NCBI GenBank assembly: GCA_963760875.1
Contig: CAVXEH010000002.1
Coordinates: 336,258 to 400,257, forward strand
Reading direction: 5' to 3'
Length of the DNA stretch: 64,000 nucleotides
Source of the DNA: an uncultured Chloroflexia bacterium
GTDB lineage: Bacteria; Chloroflexota; Limnocylindria; QHBO01
The notes under the pieces were generated by a model, which did no database searches, was not told the DNA's origin, and worked only from the letters and a program-made list of their open reading frames with translations. Positions 17,511 to 27,349 of this stretch are shown here, one piece after another. The position numbers and the translations under genes were made by a program. Numbering within the stretch: position 1 is the stretch's first letter; every line of letters begins with the position of its first letter.

Positions 17511-19736
17511 TCACGGGCCGAGGCGCGGCAGCGCGGGTCCAAGGTAGTCGGCGAGTGCCGCGGAGAACGGCGTCGAGAGGTGCTGCATGTCCCGGAAGAC
17601 AAGGAAGCTGCCTATCACCGGGGGGCAGGGCCAGGTCGGACAGATCCAGGCGGTCGGATCGATGAACGTCGCATGGCCCGATGCCGCTGCCGCCGCTGCG
17701 GCGGCGACCCAGCGGGGGTCGACCGCGTCGATGTAGGGCGTCGCGCAGGCGAGGATGCTCTGGCGGTGTGCGGAGAGGCAGACCGGCAGGTCGAACGACG
17801 ACCGCGGCGTGTCGCCGATGACGGCGACCTTCGGGTCGCCGTCCGATGCGATCCTGGCGATCGTCCGCTCCAGGCCGGCCTGCCATGGTGCGACCGCATC
17901 GACGCCCTGGAGAACATGGCCGTCCTGCACGATCGCGACCGCCCGGCTGTTCGTGAGAATCACGAGATCGGGTCGTTCCTGAGCGATTCTGGCGAAGCTG
18001 TTCGTCCGCCATTCCGAGCATTCGGTGTAGGTGCGATGGAGTGCGCTGAGCCATTGCACCACGTCGGCGGAGCCGCAGGCGGTCTTCGTGAGGTTGATGA
18101 GGCGCCAGCCGTTCGCCCTCGCGATGCGGTCGACCGCGGGAAACCAGCTCAGGGCGTGACTGTCCCCGAACAGCACGGCCGTTCTGGTGCCGTTCGGGTC
18201 GCCGTAGACGCATGCCGGTGAGACCGTCCCCTCGATCAGGACGAAGCAGCCCTGGACTCCTGCGATCGTGAAGTCGTTCCGGGCCGTCGCAAGCGACGGG
18301 CGCAGGTCGGCCGGGACTGGACGGTCCACGGTGGCCCGGGGAGACGCGCTGGCGGTTGCCGATGGCGACGAAGGGCTGGCCGAAGTGCCGATGGGTGCTC
18401 CGGCCGACCCCGTGGCCGAGGCGGCCGGGCCGAGGATGCTGCTCAGGCCGGCCTCGTCGCCCGCGGCATTCCCGTTCGCGCTGCCGAGTCCGGCGACCGT
18501 GGCCGTGCCAATACCAACCGAGGCAACGGCGACGAGGAGCGAGAACGCGCCCGCTAGGGCGAGGTTGCGGCGGGGCAGGGTGCCGATGATCCAGCCGTGA
18601 CGAAGCGGATCCTCCACCCAGCGCTGGGTCACCGCGGCCAGCCCGATGGCGACGACGACGAGCGAGCCTCGCGCCCACCAGGGCAGCGGATGGCCGATGG
18701 CCGCCTCGGGCAGGATCAGCAACGGCCAGTGCCAGAGGTAGAGGGAATACGAGATGCGCCCGAGGAAGCGCGGCACCGCCATGCCCAGGAGGTTCCCGGC
18801 ACCCCGCGGCACAGCCCAGACGCCGGCGGCGATCACGAGGGCCGAGCCGATGGTCGGCAGCAGCGCAGCCGTTCCCGGGAACGGCGTATCCACGCCGAGC
18901 ACCACCCCGGAGAGCACGACGAGGCCGAGCCCGGCCCACCCGAGCGTGATCGCCAGCCAACCCGGAATGGCGCTCAACCGCCCCGCGCCGACGGCGAGAA
19001 TCGCCCCGAGGCCGAGCTCCCAGGCCCGCGTCGGTAGGAGGTAGAACGCCCACGGCTGGTCGACGCCTGTCAGCCAGACCGCGAGGAGGAGCGACGCAGC
19101 CGAGATCGCGATCACGGCAAGTCCGATTCTTCGCCCGATGCGCGCCGCACCGTGGCCGACGAGGAGGAGGATCGCTGGCCAGAAGACGTAGAACTGCTCC
19201 TCGACGCCAAGGGACCAGTAGTGGAGCACCGGCGATGGCGCCTGGGCCGCCTGGAAGTAGTCAGTGGCCTGCAGGCCAAAGCGCAGGTTCGAGACGTAGA
19301 GGGCCGCGGCAGCAACGTCGCCGCCCACGTCGCCGACCTGGAGCGGCGGCAGCAGGATGACCGACGCGACGAGCGTGACGAACAGGACGAAGAGCGCGGC
19401 TGGCAGGAGCCGTCGCGCTCGCCGCGCGTAGAACGCGGGCAGCGAGATCGTCCCGGATTGGCGGAGCTCGCGGAGCAGGAGGCCGGTGATAAGGAAGCCC
19501 GAGAGCACGAAGAAGACGTCGACGCCGACGAAGCCACCACCGAAACCCGGGACGCGAGCGTGATATGCGAGCACCAGGACGACGGCGACCGCGCGCAGGC
19601 CCTCGAGGTCAGGGCGGAACGCACCTCGCTCGGCCCCGCCACGATGATTGCCGGCGGTATGGCTCGAAGCGGAGTTCGGTGCGGGGAAGACTGCGCGCGC
19701 CGTGCGCTCTGTCGACCTCGGTCGGAGGCTGGCCAT
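17511..19736 (-). CDS. Membrane acyltransferase (acyltransferase-3/OafA family) fused to a C-terminal SGNH hydrolase domain
   Basis: N-terminal multi-TM domain with LRAVAVVLVLAYHARVPGF...GVDVFFVLSGFLITGLLL. The C-terminal part has VLFGDSHALSW and LILTNS (SGNH). The upstream ~60 codons of the track ORF are likely non-coding; start at MASLRP. Confidence 0.75.
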   Translation of the reverse strand: MASLRPRSTERTARAVFPAPNSASSHTAGNHRGGAERGAFRPDLEGLRAVAVVLVLAYHARVPGFGGGFVGVDVFFVLSGFLITGLLLRELRQSGTISLPAFYARRARRLLPAALFVLFVTLVASVILLPPLQVGDVGGDVAAAALYVSNLRFGLQATDYFQAAQAPSPVLHYWSLGVEEQFYVFWPAILLLVGHGAARIGRRIGLAVIAISAASLLLAVWLTGVDQPWAFYLLPTRAWELGLGAILAVGAGRLSAIPGWLAITLGWAGLGLVVLSGVVLGVDTPFPGTAALLPTIGSALVIAAGVWAVPRGAGNLLGMAVPRFLGRISYSLYLWHWPLLILPEAAIGHPLPWWARGSLVVVAIGLAAVTQRWVEDPLRHGWIIGTLPRRNLALAGAFSLLVAVASVGIGTATVAGLGSANGNAAGDEAGLSSILGPAASATGSAGAPIGTSASPSSPSATASASPRATVDRPVPADLRPSLATARNDFTIAGVQGCFVLIEGTVSPACVYGDPNGTRTAVLFGDSHALSWFPAVDRIARANGWRLINLTKTACGSADVVQWLSALHRTYTECSEWRTNSFARIAQERPDLVILTNSRAVAIVQDGHVLQGVDAVAPWQAGLERTIARIASDGDPKVAVIGDTPRSSFDLPVCLSAHRQSILACATPYIDAVDPRWVAAAAAAAASGHATFIDPTAWICPTWPCPPVIGSFLVFRDMQHLSTPFSAALADYLGPALPRLGP

Positions 19737-20954
19737 CCGCGCTGAGTCTAGGCTGACGGCAATCGCCCGGGCAGCCACGAACCTCGCGTCCGCGCTCGGT
19801 CCTCCGACATCGTCGCGCGTGAACGCCGTGAAGTGGGTCCTCGATGCAGGCAGCGGTGGGGTCCGACAGTAGGGTCTTCCGCTGGCGAGGTGCGAGCGAC
19901 GAGCGCACCGTTGCGGCATAGGAACGTCGCGATGACGGTAGCCCGCAGCAGGTAACCATGCCGTTCAACGAGGACATCATTGCCCGCGCGAAACGCAACA
20001 AAGCGCACCTCGCCGACCACGCGCGGGTGATCGACCGAGATGTCCGCGGCTCGCCGTTCGAAGTCTCGGCCACGGGCAGTCGCACGCTCGCGTGACCTCT
20101 AGACCAGCTGGTCGGCCTTCGTCCCAGGTGATCAGTTCGCGCCGCGCGACCCGTCGCATAACCTTGTTCGGGCCAGCGACGATGCCCGCGAACGCGGTGC
20201 CGGTCCGCTTCCCGCAGAGGGCGGCAAGGTCGGCGTCCAGGACGAGTGCTTCGTTCCGCGTGGAGAGCTCCGCGACCGCGCGCAGCAGACGGCGGCTATC
20301 CGCCCCTCGAATGGCGTTCAGAACCTCACCCAGCTGTCGGCGGCGCAGGTCAGCCTGGTCAGCCTGGGTACAACACGCAGGTCGTACCCCACGGAGAACC
20401 GTTCAAGATTCCCGACGATCCACCAGCCTGCGCCGCGGGCTGATCAAGACCGCGGGTCGGGACTCAGCCAGCCCCGGCTGCCACTCCCGACCAGGAGAAG
20501 ACAGGAATCCGGCAATGTGCTGAAACGCAACGATTGCCGGACGAAGCGGCGGGTCCGGACGTCCAACCGGCTCGGACCCGCTCCGACATCGGTCTGGGCC
20601 GTCCGTTGACGGCGTGCTCAGCTCAGATTTGCCAGGCCGACCGCCTTCGCGGTCGCCGAGGTGGGATCGGATCCGCGCGTACAGCACCGGCTTGGTGAGT
20701 GCCCGCTCCGAGCTCACGCACCAAGAGATGGAGCGCATCGCCGCCATGGATTCCGGGACGACGCTGTTCTTCGACCACCGAGACCCGTGGGAGGTGAGCC
20801 GCCTCGGCAGGTACCGCGTGGATTGACTTCGAAGATGACGTCGCTCCGGATTTTGGCGAGGTCGATCTGCTCCTCGGCGCGGACAGGCGCTGCGTCGATG
20901 GGTCCGCGTGACTCCTGGCTGAGGGTGGACGTTGCGCTACGATGTCGCTCGCGG

Positions 20955-20997
20955 GCGGGAGTAGCTCAGTTGGTAGAGCGGCAGCCTTCCAAGCTTC
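20955..20997 (+). pseudogene. tRNA-Gly(UCC)-like 5' half (acceptor 5' strand, D-arm, anticodon arm) lacking T-arm and 3' acceptor strand
   Basis: GCGGGAG-TA-GCTCAGTTGGTAGAGC-G-GCAGC-CTTCCAA-GCTTC has a perfect D-arm and an anticodon loop CUUCCAA (UCC). Downstream sequence (CCGGTCCTAGCGCTGTGCTATCC) has no GTTCRANTC T-loop. Confidence 0.4.
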
Positions 20998-21095
20998 CCG
21001 GTCCTAGCGCTGTGCTATCCCACGTGAAGGCCTGAGCGAAACCAGCTCAATTATGCGCTCTTCCCGATCGTCGCTCCTCGCCCATCAGACGAGGT

Positions 21096-22202
21096 CTACC
21101 CTGGCAGGTCGTCCTTCACGCGCGCGATGGAATCATTGCGGTCAGGCCCCCTCGGGACAGCTCCTGCGGATAAACCCGGCTGGGACAGCATGTCATCAGC
21201 GAAGTGGCACGCGGCGAAAGTCCCACCAGACGTTTGCCTCAGCTCGGGTTCCTCGACCACGCATCGCTCGGGTCGTCCAAGGCGCTCCCGCAGCCAGCAT
21301 CGTGTGTGAAACCGGCAGCCTGAGGGTGGATTGGCAGGGCTTGGGACGTCACCAACGAGGATGATTCGACGCCGCTTGCGTTCAACGAGGGGGTCCGGAA
21401 TTGGGATGGCGGACAACAGAGCCGCCGTGTAGGGATGAGCCGGATGCGCGAACAGTTGGTCTCGAGGCCCAATCTCCGCCAGACGGCCGAGATACATGAC
21501 TGCGACCCTCGTGCAAACCTGTCGGACGACGCCAAGGTCGTGAGCGACAAACAGCAGGGTCGTATTGAACTCGCGCTGGAGGTCCTGCAGGAGATTCAGG
21601 ATTTGCGCCTGAATGCTCACATCCAAGGCAGATACAGGCTCGTCTAGCACCACGAACTCGGGACGTAGGATGAGCGCTCTCGCTATGCCTATGCGCTGAA
21701 GCTGACCTCCAGAGAACTCGTGCGGGTATCGGCGCGCGGAAGAACTGGGAAGGCCGACTGTCTCCAGGATCTCGGCGATCCGCCTGCGCCGTTCGGAACC
21801 ACTGCCGATGTCGTGGATCTCAAGCGGTTCGCGGACTATGTCGCCAACTGCCATCCGCGGATTGACGCTCGCATATGGATCCTGGAAGACGATCTGAGCG
21901 TGGCGTCGCATCTCCCGCAGCGGGCGGCCGCGCAGGCGTACAACGTCTTGCCCCATGATCAATACCCGACCAGCCGTGGGCTTGCGGAGCCGCAGGATGG
22001 AGCGACCGAGCGTGCTCTTCCCGCATCCGGATTCGCCGACGAGACCGAGGATCTCTCCTCGGGCGACTGAGAACGAGACCCCGTCGACTGCGCGAACGTA
22101 GCCTCCGACGCGCTGTAGGAGTCCGCGCCTGATCGGGAAATGCACCCGCAAGTCCTGCACGTCCAGAACTGGGGGGCCGTCGCCGTGGTCGGCGGCGTTC
22201 AT
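21096..22202 (-). CDS. Oligopeptide/dipeptide ABC transporter ATP-binding protein (DppF/OppF-like)
   Basis: Walker [10 protein letters not shown]; signature [15 protein letters not shown]; Walker [13 protein letters not shown]-terminal oligopeptide-transporter extension ([12 protein letters not shown]). The start is ambiguous ([10 protein letters not shown] or MNAADHG). Confidence 0.8.
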   Translation of the reverse strand: MNAADHGDGPPVLDVQDLRVHFPIRRGLLQRVGGYVRAVDGVSFSVARGEILGLVGESGCGKSTLGRSILRLRKPTAGRVLIMGQDVVRLRGRPLREMRRHAQIVFQDPYASVNPRMAVGDIVREPLEIHDIGSGSERRRRIAEILETVGLPSSSARRYPHEFSGGQLQRIGIARALILRPEFVVLDEPVSALDVSIQAQILNLLQDLQREFNTTLLFVAHDLGVVRQVCTRVAVMYLGRLAEIGPRDQLFAHPAHPYTAALLSAIPIPDPLVERKRRRIILVGDVPSPANPPSGCRFHTRCWLRERLGRPERCVVEEPELRQTSGGTFAACHFADDMLSQPGLSAGAVPRGPDRNDSIARVKDDLPG

Positions 22203-22203
22203 C

Positions 22204-23313
22204 TCACCGGCCAGCATTGTCGCCCCCTCCACTAGCTGCATCTGCACCGACAGACGCTATGTCCACATGACATTCGATAACGTGCTCCGCGGCGGCTTCG
22301 CTTGCCGAGCGTGGCGCAGGCGCCTCTACCCTGCAGCGCTCGATCGCGTGCGCGCACCTCGGCTCGAATGGGCAACCGACAATGCGTTCGACCAGGTTCG
22401 GCGGGAAGCCGTCGATGGCGGTAAGACGATTAGGACGCGGCCGGTCGATTCTTGGCACGGACTCCAGCAGCGCCTCGGTGTACGGATGCCTGGGGGTGTG
22501 AAAGAGGCTGCGGGCCTCCGCAGACTCCACCACTCGACCGGCATACATCACGCAAACGCGGTCAGCGAGACCCGCTACCACGCCCATGTCGTGGGTGATC
22601 AGGATGGTGGACATGTGCAGTTGATTTGTGAGTTCCGCGATGAGCTCCAGGATCTGCGCCTGGATCGTGACGTCCAGTGCCGTTGTCGGCTCGTCGGCGA
22701 TCAGCAAGGATGGCTCGCAACTAAGCGCAATCGCGATCATCACCCTCTGACGCATCCCACCAGAGAACTGGTGCGGGTAGTCGGCCAACCGCGACCTCGG
22801 GCTAGCAATACCAACCATGCCGAGTAAGTCGCTGGCTCGCTTGGCGGCTGCAAGCTGGGACATTCCCATATGGCGGATCAGCGGCTCAGTGATTTGCCTG
22901 CCGATGGGCATGGCGGGATTCAAGGATGTCATCGGGTCCTGGAAGATCATCGCGATCTCGTTACCCCGGATGGCGCGCATCTCCGTGTCGCTCAACTTGA
23001 GGAGATCTCGACCCTTGAAGGCGATCGATCCTGCCGTGATTCGTGCGGGGGGCGACGGAAGCAGCCGCATCACCGAGAGAGCTGTCACGCTCTTCCCAGA
23101 GCCAGATTCACCAACCAAGCCGAGCGTGCCTGCTCGCTGAACATCCAGAGTCACGCCGTTGACTGCACGCACGGTCCCGGTTGGACTGGCAAACCGGACC
23201 TCGAGCTCACGGACCTGCAGCAGGGAGTTCGATCCCGATGCGGCCGGCACCAATGTCGCCGGGCTAGCCACCGGCCGCCCCGACGAGAAGACCGGACGAG
23301 GGCCGAGGCTCAC
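22204..23313 (-). CDS. Oligopeptide/dipeptide ABC transporter ATP-binding protein (DppD/OppD-like)
   Basis: Walker A GESGSGKS; signature [15 protein letters not shown]; Walker [12 protein letters not shown]; C-terminal HPYTEALL motif. Confidence 0.8.
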   Translation of the reverse strand: MSLGPRPVFSSGRPVASPATLVPAASGSNSLLQVRELEVRFASPTGTVRAVNGVTLDVQRAGTLGLVGESGSGKSVTALSVMRLLPSPPARITAGSIAFKGRDLLKLSDTEMRAIRGNEIAMIFQDPMTSLNPAMPIGRQITEPLIRHMGMSQLAAAKRASDLLGMVGIASPRSRLADYPHQFSGGMRQRVMIAIALSCEPSLLIADEPTTALDVTIQAQILELIAELTNQLHMSTILITHDMGVVAGLADRVCVMYAGRVVESAEARSLFHTPRHPYTEALLESVPRIDRPRPNRLTAIDGFPPNLVERIVGCPFEPRCAHAIERCRVEAPAPRSASEAAAEHVIECHVDIASVGADAASGGGDNAGR

Positions 23314-24379
23314 TGCCCCTTGTCGCGAGCCCTTCCACCGTCTCCGCCAGATGGGCCATCGAGGCGGGCATCGGCAGGAACGTTAGTTCGATGCATACGG
23401 CGCCAGCGGGCGCTGCGGCTCTTGCGGCTGTGGTCGTGCCGAGGGTGTGCAGGACGACGTCTCGACCCTTCATGACCCTACGAAGCGCAGCGGAGTCGGT
23501 GTCACTCGTTGAGATGATGCCTCCCTGATGACCCCTGATCTGCTCCACCAGCGATCTCGTGTTCGAGAGGAACTCGCGCTCCCCGATCAACCCTACCCTC
23601 GCCTCATCTGGAAGCGAAATCAGCGTTCTCTTTGTCTCCTCGCTCAGTTCCACCATGAGGCCGTAGACGGGGATGTCGCGGTCCTTCCCAAGTGCGCGTG
23701 CCTTCGCAAGCGTCGACACGAGGCTCACAATCAGGTCCACCGGCAACAGCGCGTCTAGAGCGCCGACACCGTCCCGGGCAACGGTCGGCAGCGGCAGGCC
23801 CGTCACCTCGACGGGAGTCCGAACCAGGCCCGACCGAAGGAGGGGCACATATTTGTCCACCGAATCCTGGCGCGCGCCGATGAACAAGACGCGCGCGCGA
23901 CCCTCGTCGTGGATTTGCCCGTCCGCCAGCAGCCGCACGGCTGTGGCGATCTCCGCTGCCGAGAACCCGGCGGCTCGCGCGTGAAGAACGGCCGGGAGCA
24001 ACGCATCGCGGAGGGCCGTTGCCCGTCCTGCGGGACCGGGGGCCGTATGGCGGGGGTCTAGCGTGGCGACAAATACGCCGCGGCCAGCCTCACCGCTCAG
24101 ATGACCCTCGCTCTGCAACTCGGCATACGTCCGCTGGACAGTCGCGGGCGAGATGAGCAGCTGTCGACTGACTCGGCGGACGGAAGGCAGTCGTGCTCCA
24201 ACAGGCAACCTACCCGTCGAAATCGCATGGATGAGGTGGTACTTAAGCTGTTGATAAAGGGGGACGGGGCTGCCACGGTCGAAAACGGCACTGAACAGGA
24301 CCCACTCTCCCGGGTGGCTCGGGGCTGGATTCGGTTCAGCGGCCGCCGAGGCGGCGAGATGTTTGCGCGCGCGAGTCAT
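23264..24379 (-). CDS. GntR-family transcriptional regulator with C-terminal ligand-binding domain
   Basis: N-terminal wHTH LPSVRRVSRQLLISPATVQRTYAELQSEGHL. The 3' end overlaps the upstream ATPase ORF, so exact ends are uncertain. Confidence 0.55.
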   Translation of the reverse strand: MTRARKHLAASAAAEPNPAPSHPGEWVLFSAVFDRGSPVPLYQQLKYHLIHAISTGRLPVGARLPSVRRVSRQLLISPATVQRTYAELQSEGHLSGEAGRGVFVATLDPRHTAPGPAGRATALRDALLPAVLHARAAGFSAAEIATAVRLLADGQIHDEGRARVLFIGARQDSVDKYVPLLRSGLVRTPVEVTGLPLPTVARDGVGALDALLPVDLIVSLVSTLAKARALGKDRDIPVYGLMVELSEETKRTLISLPDEARVGLIGEREFLSNTRSLVEQIRGHQGGIISTSDTDSAALRRVMKGRDVVLHTLGTTTAARAAAPAGAVCIELTFLPMPASMAHLAETVEGLATRGSEPRPSSGLLVGAAGG

Positions 24380-25278
24380 CGGTCTGGCTCTCCCGAACTT
24401 CGAAGGCGTGGGTCCAGAACGTCACGCAGGCCATCACCGAGGAGGTTGAACCCGAGCACAGTTAGGAACAGGGCCACACCAGGCACAAGGACAGGCCACG
24501 GTGAGACCTGCAAGAAGGGTTTGCCGCGACTCATCATGTCCCCCCATGACGGTGTCGGCGGCTGGATTCCGAGACCAAGGAAGCTAAGCGATGCCTCAAT
24601 CAAGATCGCGTAGGCGAGGCTCACGGTGACTTGGACAATGATCGGAGCGAGGATGTTAGGCGCAATGTGTCGGCGGAGGAGCCGAAGGTCTGATGCGCCG
24701 AGGGCACGCGCTGATTCCACGTAGGGTTCGGCGGCAACGGCAAGAGCAGAGCCACGCGCCACACGGGCAAACGCCGGCACGTACACGATGACCAGCGCGA
24801 TAACTAGGTTCTGCAAGTCCGTCCCCAGCAGGGCAACCATCAGGAGGGCGAGCAAAACCGCTGGGAACGCAAAGATCACGTCCATCAGCCGCATCAGAAT
24901 CGTATCGACCCAACCGCGGTAGAAGCCGGCCAGCATGCCGATGGCCACTCCGAGCACGGAGGCAACGGCGATCGAGCTCAGGCTAATGAGTACAGAGACC
25001 CGGGCGCCGTACAGTACGCGGCTAAGGAGATCGCGACCAAGATCGTCAGTGCCAAGCCAGTAGGGAGCGCCCGGCGTCACCAGCCTGGCGTCCGCGTGGA
25101 TAGCTACAGGATCGAACGGCGCCAGAAATGGCCCTACTACGGCAGCCAAGACAATACTGGTTACGAACAACGCACCCAACGCAGCAGCCCTGTCGTGGAG
25201 CAAGCGCCCGATGCTGCCTCCTCGGCGCGGGCCTTGCTCGGCCGTCGTCGCATGCTCGGTGGCGACGATCTCAGCCAT
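24376..25278 (-). CDS. ABC peptide transporter permease (DppC/OppC-like)
   Basis: Six TM segments and the EAA-type loop ESARALGASDLRLLRRHIAPN. Confidence 0.85.
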   Translation of the reverse strand: MAEIVATEHATTAEQGPRRGGSIGRLLHDRAAALGALFVTSIVLAAVVGPFLAPFDPVAIHADARLVTPGAPYWLGTDDLGRDLLSRVLYGARVSVLISLSSIAVASVLGVAIGMLAGFYRGWVDTILMRLMDVIFAFPAVLLALLMVALLGTDLQNLVIALVIVYVPAFARVARGSALAVAAEPYVESARALGASDLRLLRRHIAPNILAPIIVQVTVSLAYAILIEASLSFLGLGIQPPTPSWGDMMSRGKPFLQVSPWPVLVPGVALFLTVLGFNLLGDGLRDVLDPRLRSSGEPDR

Positions 25279-26215
25279 GCCGAAGCCTCGGATTTAGGTA
25301 GAGATAGAGCAGATCTACAGCGAAGTTGGCAGCTACGAAGAAGAGGGCGAGGGCCAGTACCGCTCCTTGGACAAGCGGGTAATCACGCTGGATGATAGCG
25401 TTGACGATCAGGGTTCCCAGTCCGGGCCACGAGAAGATCTTCTCGACAATGACCGCTCCTCCGAGCAGGAACCCAACCTGGATACCCACCACCGTTACCA
25501 CAGGGATCAACGCATTGCGTAGCGCGTGGCTGATGGCGATTCGACGTTCCCCCAGTCCCTTCGCGCGGGCCGTCCGAACGTAGTCCTGCCGCAGGACCTC
25601 GAGCATAGATGAGCGCGTCATGCGCATGACGATGGCTGCCATCGCAGTTCCTAGCGTGACTGTCGGGAGGATGAGGTACCGCAGGTGCACGAGGGGGCCA
25701 GCGCCCCACGGTTGATAGCCCCCTGACGGCAGCCAGTGGAGCGTCACGGCGAACAGCAGAATCAGCAGCACACCCAAGAAGAAGTTAGGCGTAGACAGCC
25801 CCAGCAGCGAAACGACGCGCACGCTGTAGTCCCAAGGTGTGTTTCTTCTCGTCGCGGAAACGATCCCTGCCGGAATGGCAATCACCAGCGACAGTAGCAG
25901 CGCGCTGATCGTCAACTCCAGTGTGGCGGGAAACCGAGACAGAAGCTCTCCCATCACCGATCGTCCCGTGACCAGCGAGGATCCGAGGTCGCCGTGGAGG
26001 AGCCCACCCGCCCAATGTAGGAACTGCACGTGTAGGGGTAAGTTCAGGCCGAACAAATTGCGCATCTGCTCGGCGACCTTGGGGTCGTAGTACTCGTTGA
26101 GAAGAATATCGACGACATCGCCTGGGACCAGTCGCATTGCGAGAAACGTGATCAGCACGATTCCGCTCGCCACAAGGATGAGGCTGATTAGCCTTCCAAG
26201 GATGAGTCGGATCAC
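25271..26215 (-). CDS. ABC peptide transporter permease (DppB/OppB-like)
   Basis: N-terminal MIRLILGRLISLILV, multi-TM, and EAA loop RTARAKGLGERRIAISHALRNA. Confidence 0.85.
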   Translation of the reverse strand: MIRLILGRLISLILVASGIVLITFLAMRLVPGDVVDILLNEYYDPKVAEQMRNLFGLNLPLHVQFLHWAGGLLHGDLGSSLVTGRSVMGELLSRFPATLELTISALLLSLVIAIPAGIVSATRRNTPWDYSVRVVSLLGLSTPNFFLGVLLILLFAVTLHWLPSGGYQPWGAGPLVHLRYLILPTVTLGTAMAAIVMRMTRSSMLEVLRQDYVRTARAKGLGERRIAISHALRNALIPVVTVVGIQVGFLLGGAVIVEKIFSWPGLGTLIVNAIIQRDYPLVQGAVLALALFFVAANFAVDLLYLYLNPRLRHG

Positions 26216-27300
26216 GCCGGACTCGCAGTGCGGCGGTGCGATGCCGGTGAGGATGCGCCGCGGGCGGCAACGAAGGCCGTCGAGATCCCTGCCAGAACGG
26301 ACTCGAGAGTCTCGCTGGAAGGCACGAGTGGGTGCACCATGAACTCCGTCACTCCGGCGGCGAGGAGCGCCCGGAACACTCGCGATACATCATCGGCGGA
26401 CCCCGCTGGGACAATCGGCGCTACGAAGTCATCGGGAATCGCATCCGCAAACTGAACGAACTCATCGAGATTGTGCGTTCGGCGGAAGGGCCCTGCCGCC
26501 CGCAGCCGAGCGTCGAGCACTTCCGGCAACTGAAGTCGGTGTCGCTGCAAATATTCGATATTCGGGTATTGCGACCAGAGCAGTCGGCCCAGCCGAACCT
26601 TCGCTACCCACACGGCTTCGCGCCGGTCCCGGGCAACGCTAACGTCGAGCCGGAGGCAGACACCCAGGGGGGTCCGTTGGGGGTTCTGCTCCGTACGGAG
26701 CATCCCCACCAGGTTCTGCACCGTCGCCGGGTCGGCAGTATGCGCGATGATGACGCCGTCACCATGCCTGGCTGCTGTCTGCCGCATGACCGGACCGCCG
26801 GCGGCAATCCAGATGGGCACGCCGTTCCGGGACTTGAAGCGCAGCTGGCCAGATCGCAGGGAACGCACCCTTCCCTGCAGAGTCACCTTCTCGCCAGACA
26901 GGAGGCCACGGACGATGGCGACTGCCTCTGTCACAGCGGCCGCGGGATGCAGCGGGACAATGCCAAGGTTGTCGAAGCCAGAAATCCCGACGCCGATTCC
27001 GAGCCGCGCGCGGCCGGCGGAGATCTCATTCAGCGTTGCGATGGAGGCTGAGGTTATGGCCGGGTGGCGCGTATAGGGATCGGCGACAGCCGGACCAACC
27101 ATCAGTGTCTGCGTTTGGATGGCGATTGCCGCCAGGACAGCGTAGGTGTCGCGCTCAAACCGCTCGTCCGCGTACCAGATGCCCCCATAGCCCAGTGCCT
27201 CCGCGTGTTGAGCCAACCGGACGACGTCCGTCGTCGGAAGATCTACTGCTAATGGCACCAGCAGGCTCAGCATTGGATCGGATGCCAGGGACGCGCACAT
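26212..27300 (-). CDS. LLM-class (luciferase-like) flavin/F420-dependent oxidoreductase
   Basis: TIM-barrel LLM blocks (GYGGIWYADERFERD...; RARLGIGVGISGF). 362 aa. Confidence 0.7.
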   Translation of the reverse strand: MCASLASDPMLSLLVPLAVDLPTTDVVRLAQHAEALGYGGIWYADERFERDTYAVLAAIAIQTQTLMVGPAVADPYTRHPAITSASIATLNEISAGRARLGIGVGISGFDNLGIVPLHPAAAVTEAVAIVRGLLSGEKVTLQGRVRSLRSGQLRFKSRNGVPIWIAAGGPVMRQTAARHGDGVIIAHTADPATVQNLVGMLRTEQNPQRTPLGVCLRLDVSVARDRREAVWVAKVRLGRLLWSQYPNIEYLQRHRLQLPEVLDARLRAAGPFRRTHNLDEFVQFADAIPDDFVAPIVPAGSADDVSRVFRALLAAGVTEFMVHPLVPSSETLESVLAGISTAFVAARGASSPASHRRTASPA

Positions 27301-27349
27301 GGGAGGTGTGGAGCGTGCGGGGGCAATGGCCCCCGCACACCGACTGGCC

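Noticed and set aside
20955-21030. Possibility that 20955-21030 is a complete tRNA-Gly
   Set aside because: After the anticodon arm there is no GTTCRANTC T-loop and no 3' strand complementary to GCGGGAG. Only the 5' ~43 nt are tRNA-like.
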